A stretch of 48,259 bases of DNA from Balamuthia mandrillaris (taxonomy: Eukaryota). Both the position numbers and the translations under genes were made by a program. This document shows positions 11,848 through 24,293 of the stretch, in pieces (position 1 is the first letter of the stretch; each line of letters starts with the position of its first letter). The notes beneath the pieces are model-generated. The model was not told where the DNA came from. It did no database searches and was given only the letters and a program-made list of their open reading frames with translations. The DNA is taken from assembly GCA_031835245.2 (NCBI GenBank), contig JAVKOQ020000032.1, positions 248,001 through 296,259 of the forward strand, in the 5' to 3' direction.

Positions 11848-14800
11848 ATGGAAGGAGGAGGCGGAAACCCGATGCTCGGTGGTGTGCCACCATCGTATAT
11901 CACGCCCAGCGGCTACAAGTTTGTCTCTGGCCCTGGCACTCCTGGCGAATTGGTGGAAGCGTTCATCAGCAGCTTTGACGACGGTAACATATTTTTTTTT
12001 AAAAAAAAATCTTCGTTTCGTATCTGTTTTTTTTTGCTCCGCCAAAGCGATTAACTTCATTTGCTTTCGTTACCCATAAAATAACGGGACACAGAGAACT
12101 CAGTGACGTACACGCTTTCTTCCACAAGTCTTGCCACGCTCACCTACCAAGAGTTCTGTGATCGGGTTCACGCAGAGGACGTTGTGTGGGAGTGCAAAGT
12201 TGGCAACAAGAAACTGCTCAACTTGTAAGTCTCTCCAGAAGCTTTTTTTTTTCTAGTTTCTTACCCTACAACAAAAACCGTCAAAAAAAGTTTGAACCAA
12301 GGACGAAACATTGCAGAGTTGTTGAAGGAGGCCGCCAACAATGGAGAGTGGTTCACCAGGGAGCACACCATGCGGCTGGCTGCGCTCAGAGAGAAGAAGC
12401 CTGGTACCAAGTCTCAAGAGGAACGTGCAGAGGAGAAAAAGCTTAACAGGACGTGCGTTACATTACACCAACTTCTCTTGTTCTTGTTCTTGTTCTTGTT
12501 CTTGTTCTTGTTCTTGTTCTTCTTCTTCTTCTTCTTGTTCTTCTTCTTCTTCTTCTTCTTCTTCTTCTTCTTCTTGTTCTTCTTCTTCTTCTTCTTCTTC
12601 TTCTTCTTCTTCTTCTTCTTCTTCTTCCCCCTCCCTCCCCCTCATCATTTCTGTTCCTGATTCTGTGATTATTATGCAGTTATACCAGCCAACAACTACT
12701 CGAACTGGAAGCCACTGTATCTGGTGTTTTCAACAAACAAAACTTTCAACGCATCCTCCGTTGGCTGTTCTCGTTCTTCCAACCCAGTAACGGTGACTCC
12801 TATACTCCACCAAGCCCTCAGATTGCTATTCTCCTCCAAATCTTTCTGTACCGGCCTCAAAGCAGGGAGGAGGTCATATCTCTCCTCGCTCCTCCGTCCG
12901 AGGCCGAGAAAGAGAAAGAGAGCTCTCCCGCGTCCAGCAACTCGCCATCTCCAAAACGCACTTCTTCACCATCATCGTCGACAGGACCTGTTTTGACACC
13001 ATCACAGTTTACCAAAACCTTTCTAGAGCACATGGACATTACTGCTGTTTCTGACACTGTGCGTACGTTCATGTGTGCAATGTGCCCATTGCTTCCGGAA
13101 CCCACTCAGTATGGCCTTATTCCCATGTTTAGCTCTTTTATTTTGGACTCTGACGTTCAAATGTGTCTTCGGTTCAACAAGGTATCTTTGCTCTTCTCTC
13201 TCTCTCTCTCTCTCTCTCACTCCCTCACTCCTTCCTCCCTCTTCTCTATTGTCTTCATCATTCTTATACCATGGTTGTAAACCAAAAAAAGTATTTGGAT
13301 GAAGCAAAATTCTTTGAGTTGGCAATGAAGACGTTTTTGGGGTTGGAAGGAAGCCTACTGCCTCCCAAAGAAACACCTCCCATCGTCAAAGAACGTTTAG
13401 GTGTGCTCATAGCGGACATTCTCGAACTGGCATCCCGCAACGTGGCCGCCAACCAACCGACCCTCCTTCTGCTTCAAAACCAGCTTTGGAAAGAGGACGC
13501 TATGAAATCCTACATACCCGCTCTGTTCAACGCTGAGGAGGACGTCATTCTCAAAGAGAGTCTTACCATCTTAGCTGAGATCCTGAAGCATGATTGGGGA
13601 GTGCAGGTGGTGCATCTCACCAACCTTAAGCGCGAGGAAGAGCTAAAACAGCAGCAGAAAGAAGGAAAGTCTTCTTCTCTGACTAACGAGGAGGAGGCTA
13701 TCAAGCAATCTTCTGCACGTATTGCCTCTTACATGGCTATATCACCGGCTTTGTTGGAGCTCATCCGCCAGAACTTTCCTGTGTTATCTAAGAAACTTGA
13801 GGCGAAAGTCGCCGAGGCACGAGGAGCCAAGCAAGGAAGTCGAGTTGCATTTGGCTCATTGGGGCTGCGCATACTCGATTTTGTGGGCCGCACCCTTGCT
13901 CATTTCTTATCCAACTTTATAGATTCAGAGGTGGCTACTCGCTTCTTTAAGACTCTCGACAGCATTGATTTTTGGAATGTGTTGTTGGTAATTGCTCTTC
14001 TCTCTCTCTCTCTCTCTCCACATGAAACGCTGTTAATATTAACAGTGCTTATTCAGGATTTGTTTTTTACTTACACTTGGAACAACTTTTTACACACAAT
14101 GATTGTACGAGTCATACGACTAGTATTCTTCCATCAAACCAGAATTGAATTGAAGTGCCAGGTATAATTATTCTTAGCAGTTTACCACTTTTACAATTGC
14201 TGAGTTTGGTTTGCTTCTCTGTCTGGCAGATTCTGGAAAAAGGAAAGCTCCTTGAAAGAATTGTTCAAGCAGTGAAGGAAGATGCTGAGGAAAGTGCGAA
14301 ATCAAAGGGTTGTAGGCGAGGCTACATGGGCGCCATCACTGATATCTCCACAATAGTTACACAGGTCGCAAACCAACAGCAAGAAGTCAAGATGATAACA
14401 AAAGGTTCAGTGTTTTGATTTCTTCTCTCATTCGAGACAAACTTATGACTGATCTGCTTTACTGCTCTCCCAATTTGCAGCCAATGAAGAATGGGTCAAG
14501 TATGTCTGCACTACATATGCAGAAACAAAGGCCAAGCAGGACTCAAAGGAGGCTGCTAGTGCAGTCTCAGTCGGAGGTGGCGGTACTAATGCTACGTCAC
14601 GTGGCAGAGGGAGGGGCATTCGTGGACGTGGCAGAGGAGGGGAGAGAGGCAGAGGAAGAGGTTTCCGAGGAGGCAGAGGGATGCGGGCAAGAGGCAGAGG
14701 ACGCGGCACAGGAGCAGGAGGTCCTCCTGCTCCTCAGCAAGAAGAGAATAAAGCGGAAGGAGAGGCAGCTGAAGTTGAAGACAAGGAGGAGAATGTGGAG

Positions 14801-14938
14801 GCATCCGACGAAGAAGGCAACGAAGAGCAACAAACGGAAGAGGAAGGTGCAGCCGATGGAGTAGAGGAAGAGGAGAACAACGAAGAGAACGCCACACGGG
14901 AGACTGAGGAGGCTCCTGACGCCACTAAAGCGAATTAA
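11848..14938 (+). CDS. SIT4-associated (SAPS) / PP6 regulatory subunit-like protein with RG-rich and acidic tail (multi-exon)
   Basis: EDVVWECKVGNKKLLNF (SAPS N-terminal motif), AFGSLGLRILDF, FFTYTWNNFLH, RRGYMGAITDIS, EWVKYV. Confidence 0.8.
12474..12627. repeat. (TTCTTG)n/(TTC)n compound microsatellite in a SAPS intron
   Basis: Visible run between donor GTGCGT and acceptor ATGCAG. Confidence 0.9.
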
Positions 14939-15201
14939 ATGAGAGATGGCCATGGAAGGGCTTTTTGGGGGATCTCGTGAAAGCAACCTTTGGCATTGTC
15001 TGTTTGAAGGTGGGCTTCAATCACTCGCTTTTCCAGGTTGGATGTGCACCTCGCTGCGTTGCGAGCTTACAACATCGATCAAAAAGTAAAGGGAGAGAAA
15101 TGGCAGAAAAAAAAAAGCATTAACAAATGGGTGGTACAAAGTCAGTAAAGTCTGGTATTTGAAAACTTTTGAGTGCACAAGAAGACACGCAATGTTTGGT
15201 T

Positions 15202-16871
15202 TCAGTTGGCCTTCTCAAAGACCATAATATTCTGTTTAGCCAAAAGGGTGCGAATGAGTCTCGCTTTGGTGGGATTCTCGAGGAGGTAACTCTCAAAGGC
15301 TTGGCGATGATGGGAAAGCGCTCTCAGGTGTGCGGTGCTGTCCCGCGTAAAGTCCATGTTGAGAAGGTCCACAAAGAGGGCCTCCCATAATTCCTGCTGC
15401 CAGTATCTCTTGAAAGGCTGCTTGGGTCTCCAGATGGTCCTTCCTTTGGACTGACCAGGACCAGCGTTGCTGTTGGTGCTGGTTAAAAGGGAAAGGCCTC
15501 TCTTACCGCTGCCAAAGCTCCTTCGGCCGGTACCTTCCTTCTCCTGCATAACCTCCATATAGCTGCCATGCAACAGGCAGTGAATGATGCCCAACAGACC
15601 AAAGAGGTCGACCTGGTAGGTCCATGGCTTGCCCTCCCGCATCTCCAAGCACTTGAACTCTTCGACGTGGTCTCCCGTGAACCGTGTGCCAGCAGGATAG
15701 AGGGTGGTGTCAATGCTCCTGCCAAAGTCGATGAGAACGAGGCCCTTGTCGTCCCAGCCTCCGTTCATGGGGGAGGTCTGGGCCTTGGCGCTACCCCAGT
15801 GCCGCAGCTTGACGCCCTCTCTATCAAGGTTCTTCACCAAAAAGTTGTCGGGCTTGAGATCGCCGTGGATGATTCCGCCATTGTGAAGCTGCTCCACAAT
15901 CTTCAGCATCTCTATCGTATAGTACATTACCAATGTCTCGTCCATGCGCTTGCCCGCTTTCATGTACACGTTGAGCACGTCCTGGAGAGAACCTTGGTCA
16001 TGATAGTCCATCAAGATCATGCTCTTGTCTGAGTAGACGTGGATGGAGTGAAAAGTGATAAAGTTGTGGTGCTGTTGAGAGACAGCAAGTGAGAAAACAA
16101 ACAACTAACAACGATGAAGAACTGAAATAGAGCAGTGGATGGTACCATGTTTTCGGGCAATCGCTTCTTGATTTGTTGATAAATGTACCATTCCCACTCG
16201 CAGGCAGGCTCCTGCACTTTCAACGCATAAGAAAACTCCTCCGGGTTGAGATGGGGCAATCCCTCTAACACAGCCACAGTGTGCACGCTCGCAAACGCTC
16301 CATCGCCAATCCTCTTGTCGACCTCCAGCTCCACAGCCTCCAGCGTTAGAGTGGGATCACCCCCCATACTAACTCTCCGCCCCTTCTTTTCCTGGAGGAT
16401 GCGCCTGCCTGGTGCCACTGCTCCTCTGCAGTCAAAGAAGAACCGATCTGCTCGCAGCGCTTGCCCTTCCTTGCTTGCAAAGATGGCAGCAAGTTGTTTC
16501 TCCAATTGAGCTGGGTGGAAGGGATCTACGAGTTGGCCTGCATTCCGTTCTTCGTCCTCTGCTCCTTCCTCTTCCTGCTCCTCCTCAACAACATCGTTTT
16601 CGTCAAACTCGTCCAACATCCTGAGGCCATCATCGCTCTGTTTGCCTGGTCTCGAATCATAGGTGGCTTGTTTGCCGATACCAAAGAATGTGGTGTCGTT
16701 ATTGCTTTCAGCAGCGGAAGCCATGCCTTGGTAGTTTTCTTGCTCATCTCTGAATGCGTCCATGTTGAGCCTTTGTGGCCGAATGGGTGTGGAGGGACCA
16801 GTCAAATCTGGATCCACGAATATCTGGAATGATAATGGCTCCGGTCCACTGCACAAGCATGCGTTAGCATT

Positions 16872-16918
<47 letters not shown>

Positions 16919-18088
16919 AAAGTACGTTGCTCTCAGCTGTTCGATTTCCAAAAGGGTGGTACCATCCTCATTCAAAGGCTCATCCCAATCTAGCTTTGCA
17001 TCTTGCTTCCGTCGTACGGTTTGCTGCATTGATGATTGGCGACGTCGCTCTGTTGATTGATGTGTTGGACGACCAGCAGCGGCTGGCTCGGATGCACCAG
17101 TACCAGGAGATGCAAAGAAAGACATGACGTCGGCGGCCATGGACTTGGAGTTGATAGTCATGGTAGGAGTTGGTGCGTTCCGTCGTCCCGCAGTGCTGCC
17201 AAGGGCCTTTCCGGTCAAGTCATCCTCTCCAAATAACGGCATTACTTGTTCGAGCGCCTTCTTTGTGTGGAAGGTCATGGTTGGTGTGCGTCCTCCGATA
17301 GGCCCAGTTCTCGTGAGTTCATCCTCGTCAGCACCCCCATCATCCTCCTCTTGCTCCACAGCGCGTTCCTCCTCCTTCCACATGTAATCAGCAGAGGAAG
17401 ACCGAAGGACACCTTTGCTCTTCACGTTGCTGCTTGCTTGCCTCGTTGACGTGGAAGGGTTAGAGTTCTCTTTGTCTTCTGCCGTATTCTCCATCCGAGG
17501 CTTTTTGTTGGCATTGGCGATGGAGGTGGAGATCTTCCGTTCTTGAAGGACTCGTCCTCCCCTGGCGGGCGTCTTATGAGAGGCTAGTGCCCTCTTCCTC
17601 GAAGCGGAAGATGCGTTCTTTGCTTCCTGCTGATCGGCAGCGGCCGCTAGCTCCGCTCTTCTCTTTTGTTCCTGCAATTCTCTGAATTCTCGTTCTTGTT
17701 GCTCCCTCAGCCGCTCTAACTGCTTCCTTTCCTCTTGGATCAAACGAAGCTCTTCCTTCTCCTTGGCTCTCCGTTGATTCTCCATCAGCATCAGTTTCTG
17801 TTTCTCCGCCTCCAACAGCTGACTCCGTTCCATGATCCGCCGCTTCTCCTCCTCGAGCTTTTCTCTGTCCCGCTGCATCACTTCTTCCGTCTTTCGGGCA
17901 ATCAGTTGCTCCTCCAACCTGTTGGCGTGCAGTCGCGTGTCCACAAAGCCCGTGCGAGCCGCTCTGATCTCCTCAAAGCAAAACTCGGCATCGCCGCTCC
18001 AAAGGAGCTTGGGGTCGTAGCCGCGTCTATAGGAGGGCGCGCCCCCTTCTCCAGGCACCACTCGTTTCAACCGATGTGGATCCCACAT
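15202..18088 (-). CDS. BUB1: BUB1-like spindle checkpoint kinase (exons 18088-16926, 16848-16146, 16071-15202)
   Basis: GLEBS-like YDPKLLWSGDAEFCFEEIRA, KEN box, CD1 motifs, ABBA-like FQIFVD. Kinase motifs IGDGAFA, ALKVQEPACEWEWYI, HGDLKPDNFL, LIDFGRSID, EMREGKPWTYQVD, FKRYWQQELW. Confidence 0.9.
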
Positions 18089-18386
18089 TATGTTCACCCT
18101 TTGATTTAAAATAAACAAGAAAAAGAACGCTTTCAACCTTCAAAAAAAAAAAAAAATGCTGATGGAGCCCACTTCCACCAACTTTTTTTGTTTGGTTTTG
18201 TTTTCTTTCAAAAACAAACAAGCCAATCCTCCTTCCAGCCAAAGGAGATCTCCTCTCTGTGTTGCCCTTCGCTGCGGACCACGCTCTGCAATGAAAGCTA
18301 TTGATTTTAATGTTATTTTTTTTTTGTTTGCCGCTGCCGCTTGTTCGTTACAAAAAATTTTCCACCTTTCCAGCCCGCGTTTTTTG

Positions 18387-18399
18387 TTTTGGCGGGAAA
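18387..18399 (-). promoter_or_regulatory. Candidate E2F binding site upstream of BUB1
   Basis: Minus strand reads TTTCCCGCCAAAA, matching the canonical E2F element, ~300 nt upstream of the BUB1 ATG in AT-rich DNA. Confidence 0.45.
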
Positions 18400-18500
18400 C
18401 TCTATTTTGGTAAAAAAAAGAAAAATTTGTTCTTTTTTCTTGGAAATTTTATTTTGAGTAGCTAGCTGCAACCACCAACCTATTATCGTAAATTTACAAA

Positions 18501-19329
18501 TTAGACAGCAGCTGCTGTTTTTGTGTGGGGTAAAAAGCAAGAGAGAAGAAGGCAGCCGAAGGTCCAGCGAAGGGCCTTGTCAGCTTGGCATACGGAAGGT
18601 CGCTTCTATTTGGGCTGGTGTTTTTCCTGCAGAAGAGGGAAAAGCCACAATGAGAGAGAGAGAGAGAGAGAGAGAGATGAGAGGGAACAAGAAAAGAGAG
18701 AAGAACAAGAGAAACGAGAGGAAAGACAGAAAACCTATGATCATTTTGGCAACAACTTTGCAACCAAGGTCCAATAAGGGCTTTATGTCAAGAAAGTTTG
18801 CAGCCTAGAACAAAAAAAAAAAAAAAAACGGTAAGCGAAAACGCAGAAAGTAGACAACAAAAAAATGACTCTCACACAATACAAAAAACAGGTGAAGGAA
18901 AGAAAACGGACCAGAATAATGTCAAAGAGAAGCCCAATTTCCACTTCGATAAACTCTGCGTCCCACTCGTCCGCAATGTCAATGGAGTAGTCGTCCTCAG
19001 CCCGGTCCGCCACCGGGTGCAGGTAATGGTAGTTGCAATAGTCTATGACCTTCTCCAGCACCGGCGCTGACACGTTTGGCAGGGGAATGGGCGCGTCCAA
19101 AGCGTCCATGCTCTTTGAAAGATCTGCGTCACAGGTTTTTTTTTGGGGTAGAAGCGTAAGAAACGAAAACCTGCTTCTCTTAAAAAAACGATAAAGTAAG
19201 GCTCGCACCTCCCAACATGTGCCGGATGGTAACGGACAGCGCGATGGCCTCTCTGTCCACGCGAAACTCTTGCCCATCCGCGCTTTCCAACGTGACTTCC
19301 CCAGTGCCCACAGAAGTTGAACTCGCCAT
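18501..19329 (-). CDS. SKP1-family protein, C-terminally shortened paralogue
   Basis: [78 protein letters not shown]. Ends FPAAV* (18501) if intron 18593-18515 is spliced, or FRMPS* (18580) if not. Confidence 0.88.
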
Positions 19330-19520
19330 ACTGTTTTTCGTCTTGAGGCGTGTACTAGCTCCCCTTCAGCAGCTGACTTGCAAGGAACTCCTCTTCCTCC
19401 CTGTTGGTTCGTTTTTTTGGTTTATTGGTCTTTTTCGATTTTCGTAGAATTTAGCGAAAAGAATTATCGAAATTATCGGAACGTGCTTAATTTAATCGGC
19501 ATGATCGAAATGCATGGAAT

Positions 19521-20905
19521 TTAGGTTATGCGGAGAGGATGAAAGAATTCCTCGGCAGCAACGAACGCCTCGTCTGTGCAGGCTTGTGCCTCGGTGTAAG
19601 CGGGCCAAAAGGCCGCCTCTGATTCTTCCAGGGATAGGCCACTTTCCAGCAGCAACCCAATCTCCGCCCGTAGTTTTGACAACAACCGCCAAAGCAATGA
19701 AAGACCTGGGTTCAAGTAGAATTGTGTGGCACTCATTCCTGCACTCATTTAGTTGTTTTGCAGAAAACAAAAGAAAAAAAAATGTAAAACAAACATAAAG
19801 AAAAGAGAAACCTTGAGGTAGACAAGAAAGCAGTTGCGTTAGAACTTGCACCAACGTATTCTCGTTCGACGCTTCGATGGAGCAAAGCGTAGAGCCCAAA
19901 GAGGAATGTATGCTGATGGAGAAAGGCCTTGAAGTTGCAGAGGTAGAAGACAGAAGAAAGAGACCATCGTCCCCATTACTTCTTCTCTGGATGCACAGGG
20001 ACAACGAATCCGCAATGACAAGCGGCAAATCTGCCACGCCCTCCTTGTTTTCTGCTTGCAACAGCAGAACGACTTTTACTGAAGTACCCGCAACTAATAT
20101 TTGTTCGGTCAACAATCAAGAGAGAAAAATTCAAATCATACCAACCTTGGCCTTGTAGGGATGAAGAAGGCCCACTGTACAATGTCTGAGTGGAGTTAAG
20201 GCGGACGGAACCAACGAATTGGATGTCGCTGTGGAACTTGCTTTGTTGTTGTGATGAAGGTGCGGCAGAAACATCCAGAGATGAGATACCACCGTCATCG
20301 CCTATCGTTTCTATCTCCTCTTCCTCTAACAACTTGTATTCTACCCAAACGTGCACGTGCTGATCTGTTCTTCTCAGCACGGTATTGTTCTGCGATAGCT
20401 TAAGCTCCGAAAGGAGAGTGGCGGATCCATGTGGCGGAATTGTAAGTCGATTCTTCTCTGCAAAGACCGTTGCACAATGGCCACCACATCCGCTTGGACT
20501 AGATACGAAGAGTGAATGACACCAAAGTTTGTGGCTTGTTCACAGTAATAGGATAAGTTAGTGGAGGAAGCCTATCAAGTTGGGAGACCATAAAAGTACC
20601 TGGTTGTATTTTTCAGCGTAGCAACCACCATCCAACCACCATCCACATAGAATGATTGCAGAGATGATGTGGACAGAAATAAAGGTGGTTGGTTGGGCTG
20701 AGAGGCACCCCGTGTAGAAGGGCTATGTGTTGCTACATTTGGTTTGTTTTCTTGAAATAGAGGCACTAAATCTGAGGTAAGCTCTGAATGTGTTTTGATG
20801 TTGCCATGTTTTCTAACACTAACAGCTGTACTCAAGGTGTCATACGCAGCTGAAAGGAGTTGCTTTTTCTTTTCTATCTATAAAAGGTTTTAGGACTTGA
20901 TGAGA

Positions 20906-20957
<52 letters not shown>

Positions 20958-21633
20958 TAGAATACTCTTTGACATGCTTGGTCTCGTTCTATTTGAGCTT
21001 TCTTCAGTCGAGACTGGAGCGAATGAGCCACAGATTGCAAGCTCAGAAAAGAAGCAGCAAGCGAAGAACGTGAAGCAGGCGCACCACCTGCGATGCACTC
21101 TTCGCTATCTGTTTGTTCGATTGTCATTAACCTCAAGAAAGAATATCAAATTGGATGGATCATAAGTACCTAATTTATACTTCTTTTTGTGTTTACAATA
21201 CCTCCAGACTGATTGCACATCTGTTAGAATGAATCTGTCTTTGACCTTTTCAGCACCATCTTTCTGCCCACCGTCCATTGCTGCCCTCTCTACCATCAGT
21301 ATTTGTTCCCGTCCAGTGGCCATGAAATCAGCAACGGATACTTGTTCAATGTTGTTAAACTCTGAAGTGGTAAAGGCGTTATTATGCAATACAGTAAGTT
21401 GATACTATTTGTAAAAACTCTAGTTTAGAAATACAGAGTACTAACCAGTGATGATGTGAAACTTGTGGTCTGGTAGTAAAGATAGAACTTGTACTGTTCT
21501 TTGCTCGTCGTCCAACTGAACCACCAATGCTCCTTCCATGTCATCTGTACGAGCAAGACCCCTATATCATTACAGTTGGCAACAACGAGAGAGAGAGAGA
21601 GAGGGAGAGAGAGAAGAGGGAGAGATGGAGAGA

Positions 21634-21673
<40 letters not shown>

Positions 21674-22506
21674 AAGTACATAAATAATGGAGGAGCAGGC
21701 AACATTCGAAAGGAGGTAAGGATTCCGTGCTTGAACTCCATCAAGTGGCTCGTCCGAAGCCCAATGATCACTGAGTCATTGACCTGGCTTTGTTCATCCA
21801 CTTCATCAGTTGGAACTACCACAACTGCAGCAATGTTGCCTGGCACAGAAAAGCAGTTTGGTACATTTGCCCATTCGTTCGTTCGGGTTTCCGCTTCGTC
21901 TTCTGCGGCATTTGTTTCTTCAACTGAGCCTGAATCCAGGCTGAGGAGAGGGTCCTCCTCTTCTTCTTCCATCAAGTCAGGTGAGTGTTGTCTGCGCAAA
22001 ATATCCAGTTCTGTTTTGCCCTCCATCCTGTGCATCTGCGTCGGCTTCTTGATCGATGCTTTGCGTAGAGGAAGCAGCTCCCAGCATGTACCACTACATA
22101 CAAAGTCGCATAGCCCCTTTCCTCCTTTCTGCAACTGCTCCATTCGTAGTTCTCTCAACACTTGCAAACGGGCAAAATGCCGAAGGTACGTCCACCATTG
22201 ATGCTGCTGAGCTTCAGCGACGTCCTCTGTCACGTTTGTTTCTTGCCATGCTTCCGGTGCCTGCTTTGTACCCACGATGAACAAGGCTGAGGGCACCATC
22301 GCGCTTCCGTCTCCTGGCAACATGCTTTGCTGAACCAACAAAAAGCTGACGAGGTCAGAGCCAGCAGCAGGATAGGGTATGCAATGCGTAACGAATCGGC
22401 CTTTCTTGTTGATGCGCCCCACAAACATTACTTGTTTCTCTTCGCAGGGACAAACGAGGGTTGGGCCGTCCAACAGCCTGCACCTCTCAACTATAAGAAG
22501 GTGAGC

Positions 22507-22559
<53 letters not shown>

Positions 22560-23116
22560 ACAGAAGAGCAGAGGCAGCTTCTAGTTTACCATTGGCAAAA
22601 GCAAGGGAGCCACTTGTATCCCTAAACTCTTTGATGGGGAGGAAAGAAGGCTTTGAGCGTGGATCAGAAGCACTTGGTGGGGAGATGCTGCCAAATACAT
22701 AGAGAGGCTCCTTGTCCCTAAACACATGCCGCAGAAACACGTAGCAAGCTGGCCTTTCTGTCTCCATTTAGTGCCAACCGCTACATCATCAAAGAACAAG
22801 AGAAGTCAATGAAGAAAATACGAACAAGCCATAGGGACCAGCCACCGAATCACCGCACAAAAGCTCTGAACGTATGCTTTGTTTCTTGGCTTTGGCGATA
22901 AAGCGGATCAGCAAACAAACTTGATCTGGGAGAGAAGCACGATGTAAAACTACCATTGATAAGAGCGGTAGCGCCGTTGCAGCGAAAAGAGCCATTCTCA
23001 TAAGAGAAAGACAACCACGACATGCGAAGCCCACTTTTGCCAGGACCCCTTGTGGACACCCTCCCAAAGGAGCAGCAAGCCCCCACCCGTCCTACAAGCG
23101 CCACTTCCTCCATCAT
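19521..23116 (-). CDS. FANCB: Fanconi anaemia group B (FANCB)-like protein (multi-exon)
   Basis: Colinear resemblance to recalled FANCB blocks: LLDGPTLV; LMEFKHGILTSFRMLP; VADFMATGREQILM...FILTD (cf. IDDFIGSGTEQVLL...FKITD); a coiled coil; C-terminal EAQACTD. The 5' exons join in frame with GT-AG introns. Confidence 0.7.
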
Positions 23117-23276
23117 TCTTCTCTATTGTGTTTGTGGGGCAAAGAATGACACCACGACGACACGGAAACTGCCACGACGACACGGGAGAGGAGGCAGCAA
23201 CAAGAAAGGCAGAGAACGGAGGAGATGGGTAAGAGAGGAAAGCAAGCAAGTGGTTTCGTTGTTAAAAGTTCATAAT

Positions 23277-23489
23277 TTAGACCTTGGTGAAGGCAGCAAT
23301 GTCCATGCTCTGGACGTACTCGTCAAAGGCCGTGATCTTCTCCTCCAAATCGTCCGTGCTGACGAGGTCATCAACGACCACACAGCTGATCTGCAGCTTC
23401 TTGACACCGTAGGCAACCTCCACAAGCTTGGCTGTTTTTTGTTAAACGTGGTGGTCATAAAGGCGATAAGTTTTTTTGTCCAAACACCT

Positions 23490-23535
<46 letters not shown>

Positions 23536-24293
23536 GAAGGAGCGAAAGCGTACAGGGACCCCACTTGAGGCCTTCCATTTCAATGCTCCTCACGCTCTCC
23601 TCCAGCTTGGCAAGGTCTACAGTTCAAAAACGAGCAAAGAAGAAACAGGTCAACAAATAAACAAAGGAAGATTACAGGGATAAGAGAAGGAAGGTACCAG
23701 TCTCGTCGTCCCAGGGCTTGACATCAAGGATGATGTTCGACTTTTGGACGATGGCGGGCTTCTTCTTGGCAGCAGCCTCAGCTTCCCTCCTCTTCCTCTC
23801 GGCTTCCTCCTCCTCAGCAGAGGTCTCACCGAACACATCAAAGTCATCATCCTCAGCAGCGGGGGCCTCAGCGGCAGTGGCAGAGGAGCTGGCACCACCA
23901 GCGCCGAAACTGTAATAACGAGAGAAAAGTGGAGAAATACAGTAAATAAAACAAACAAAAGAAGAACTCAAACAGGAGTTGGGGTTAAAAAAACGTACGC
24001 GGCCTTTTCCTCCTCAGAGAAGGACTTGATGTGCTTGAACCAACGGTAGGCGTGGACGAACTTCTCCTCGGGTCCTTGAGGGAGGGCCTTGCTCACCTCA
24101 TTGAAGATCTTCACGTCATCCTGAGAGGGCAAAAAGCTATTGTGGACAAAGTTTAGCGGCCCAAAAGTGGCTAAAGGAGAAAGCACAAAGACAAAAAGAG
24201 GAGCAGTAGTTACCCGTTGATGTAGGATTTGTCGGCAAGGTGGCCGTTGAACTTGCCAAGGCCAGCGGGGGTAGACACGTCAAAGGAAGCCAT
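23277..24293 (-). CDS. EEF1B: Translation elongation factor 1-beta (5 coding exons)
   Basis: [77 protein letters not shown]. Confidence 0.96.

Noticed and set aside
22850..22852. TGA ending the FANCB exon-1 ORF, a possible selenocysteine or readthrough given the nearby Sec-lyase-like gene
   Set aside because: Two ordinary introns (GTAGTT...CAAAG and GTTCGT...GAAAG) give a continuous frame in which this TGA is out of frame.
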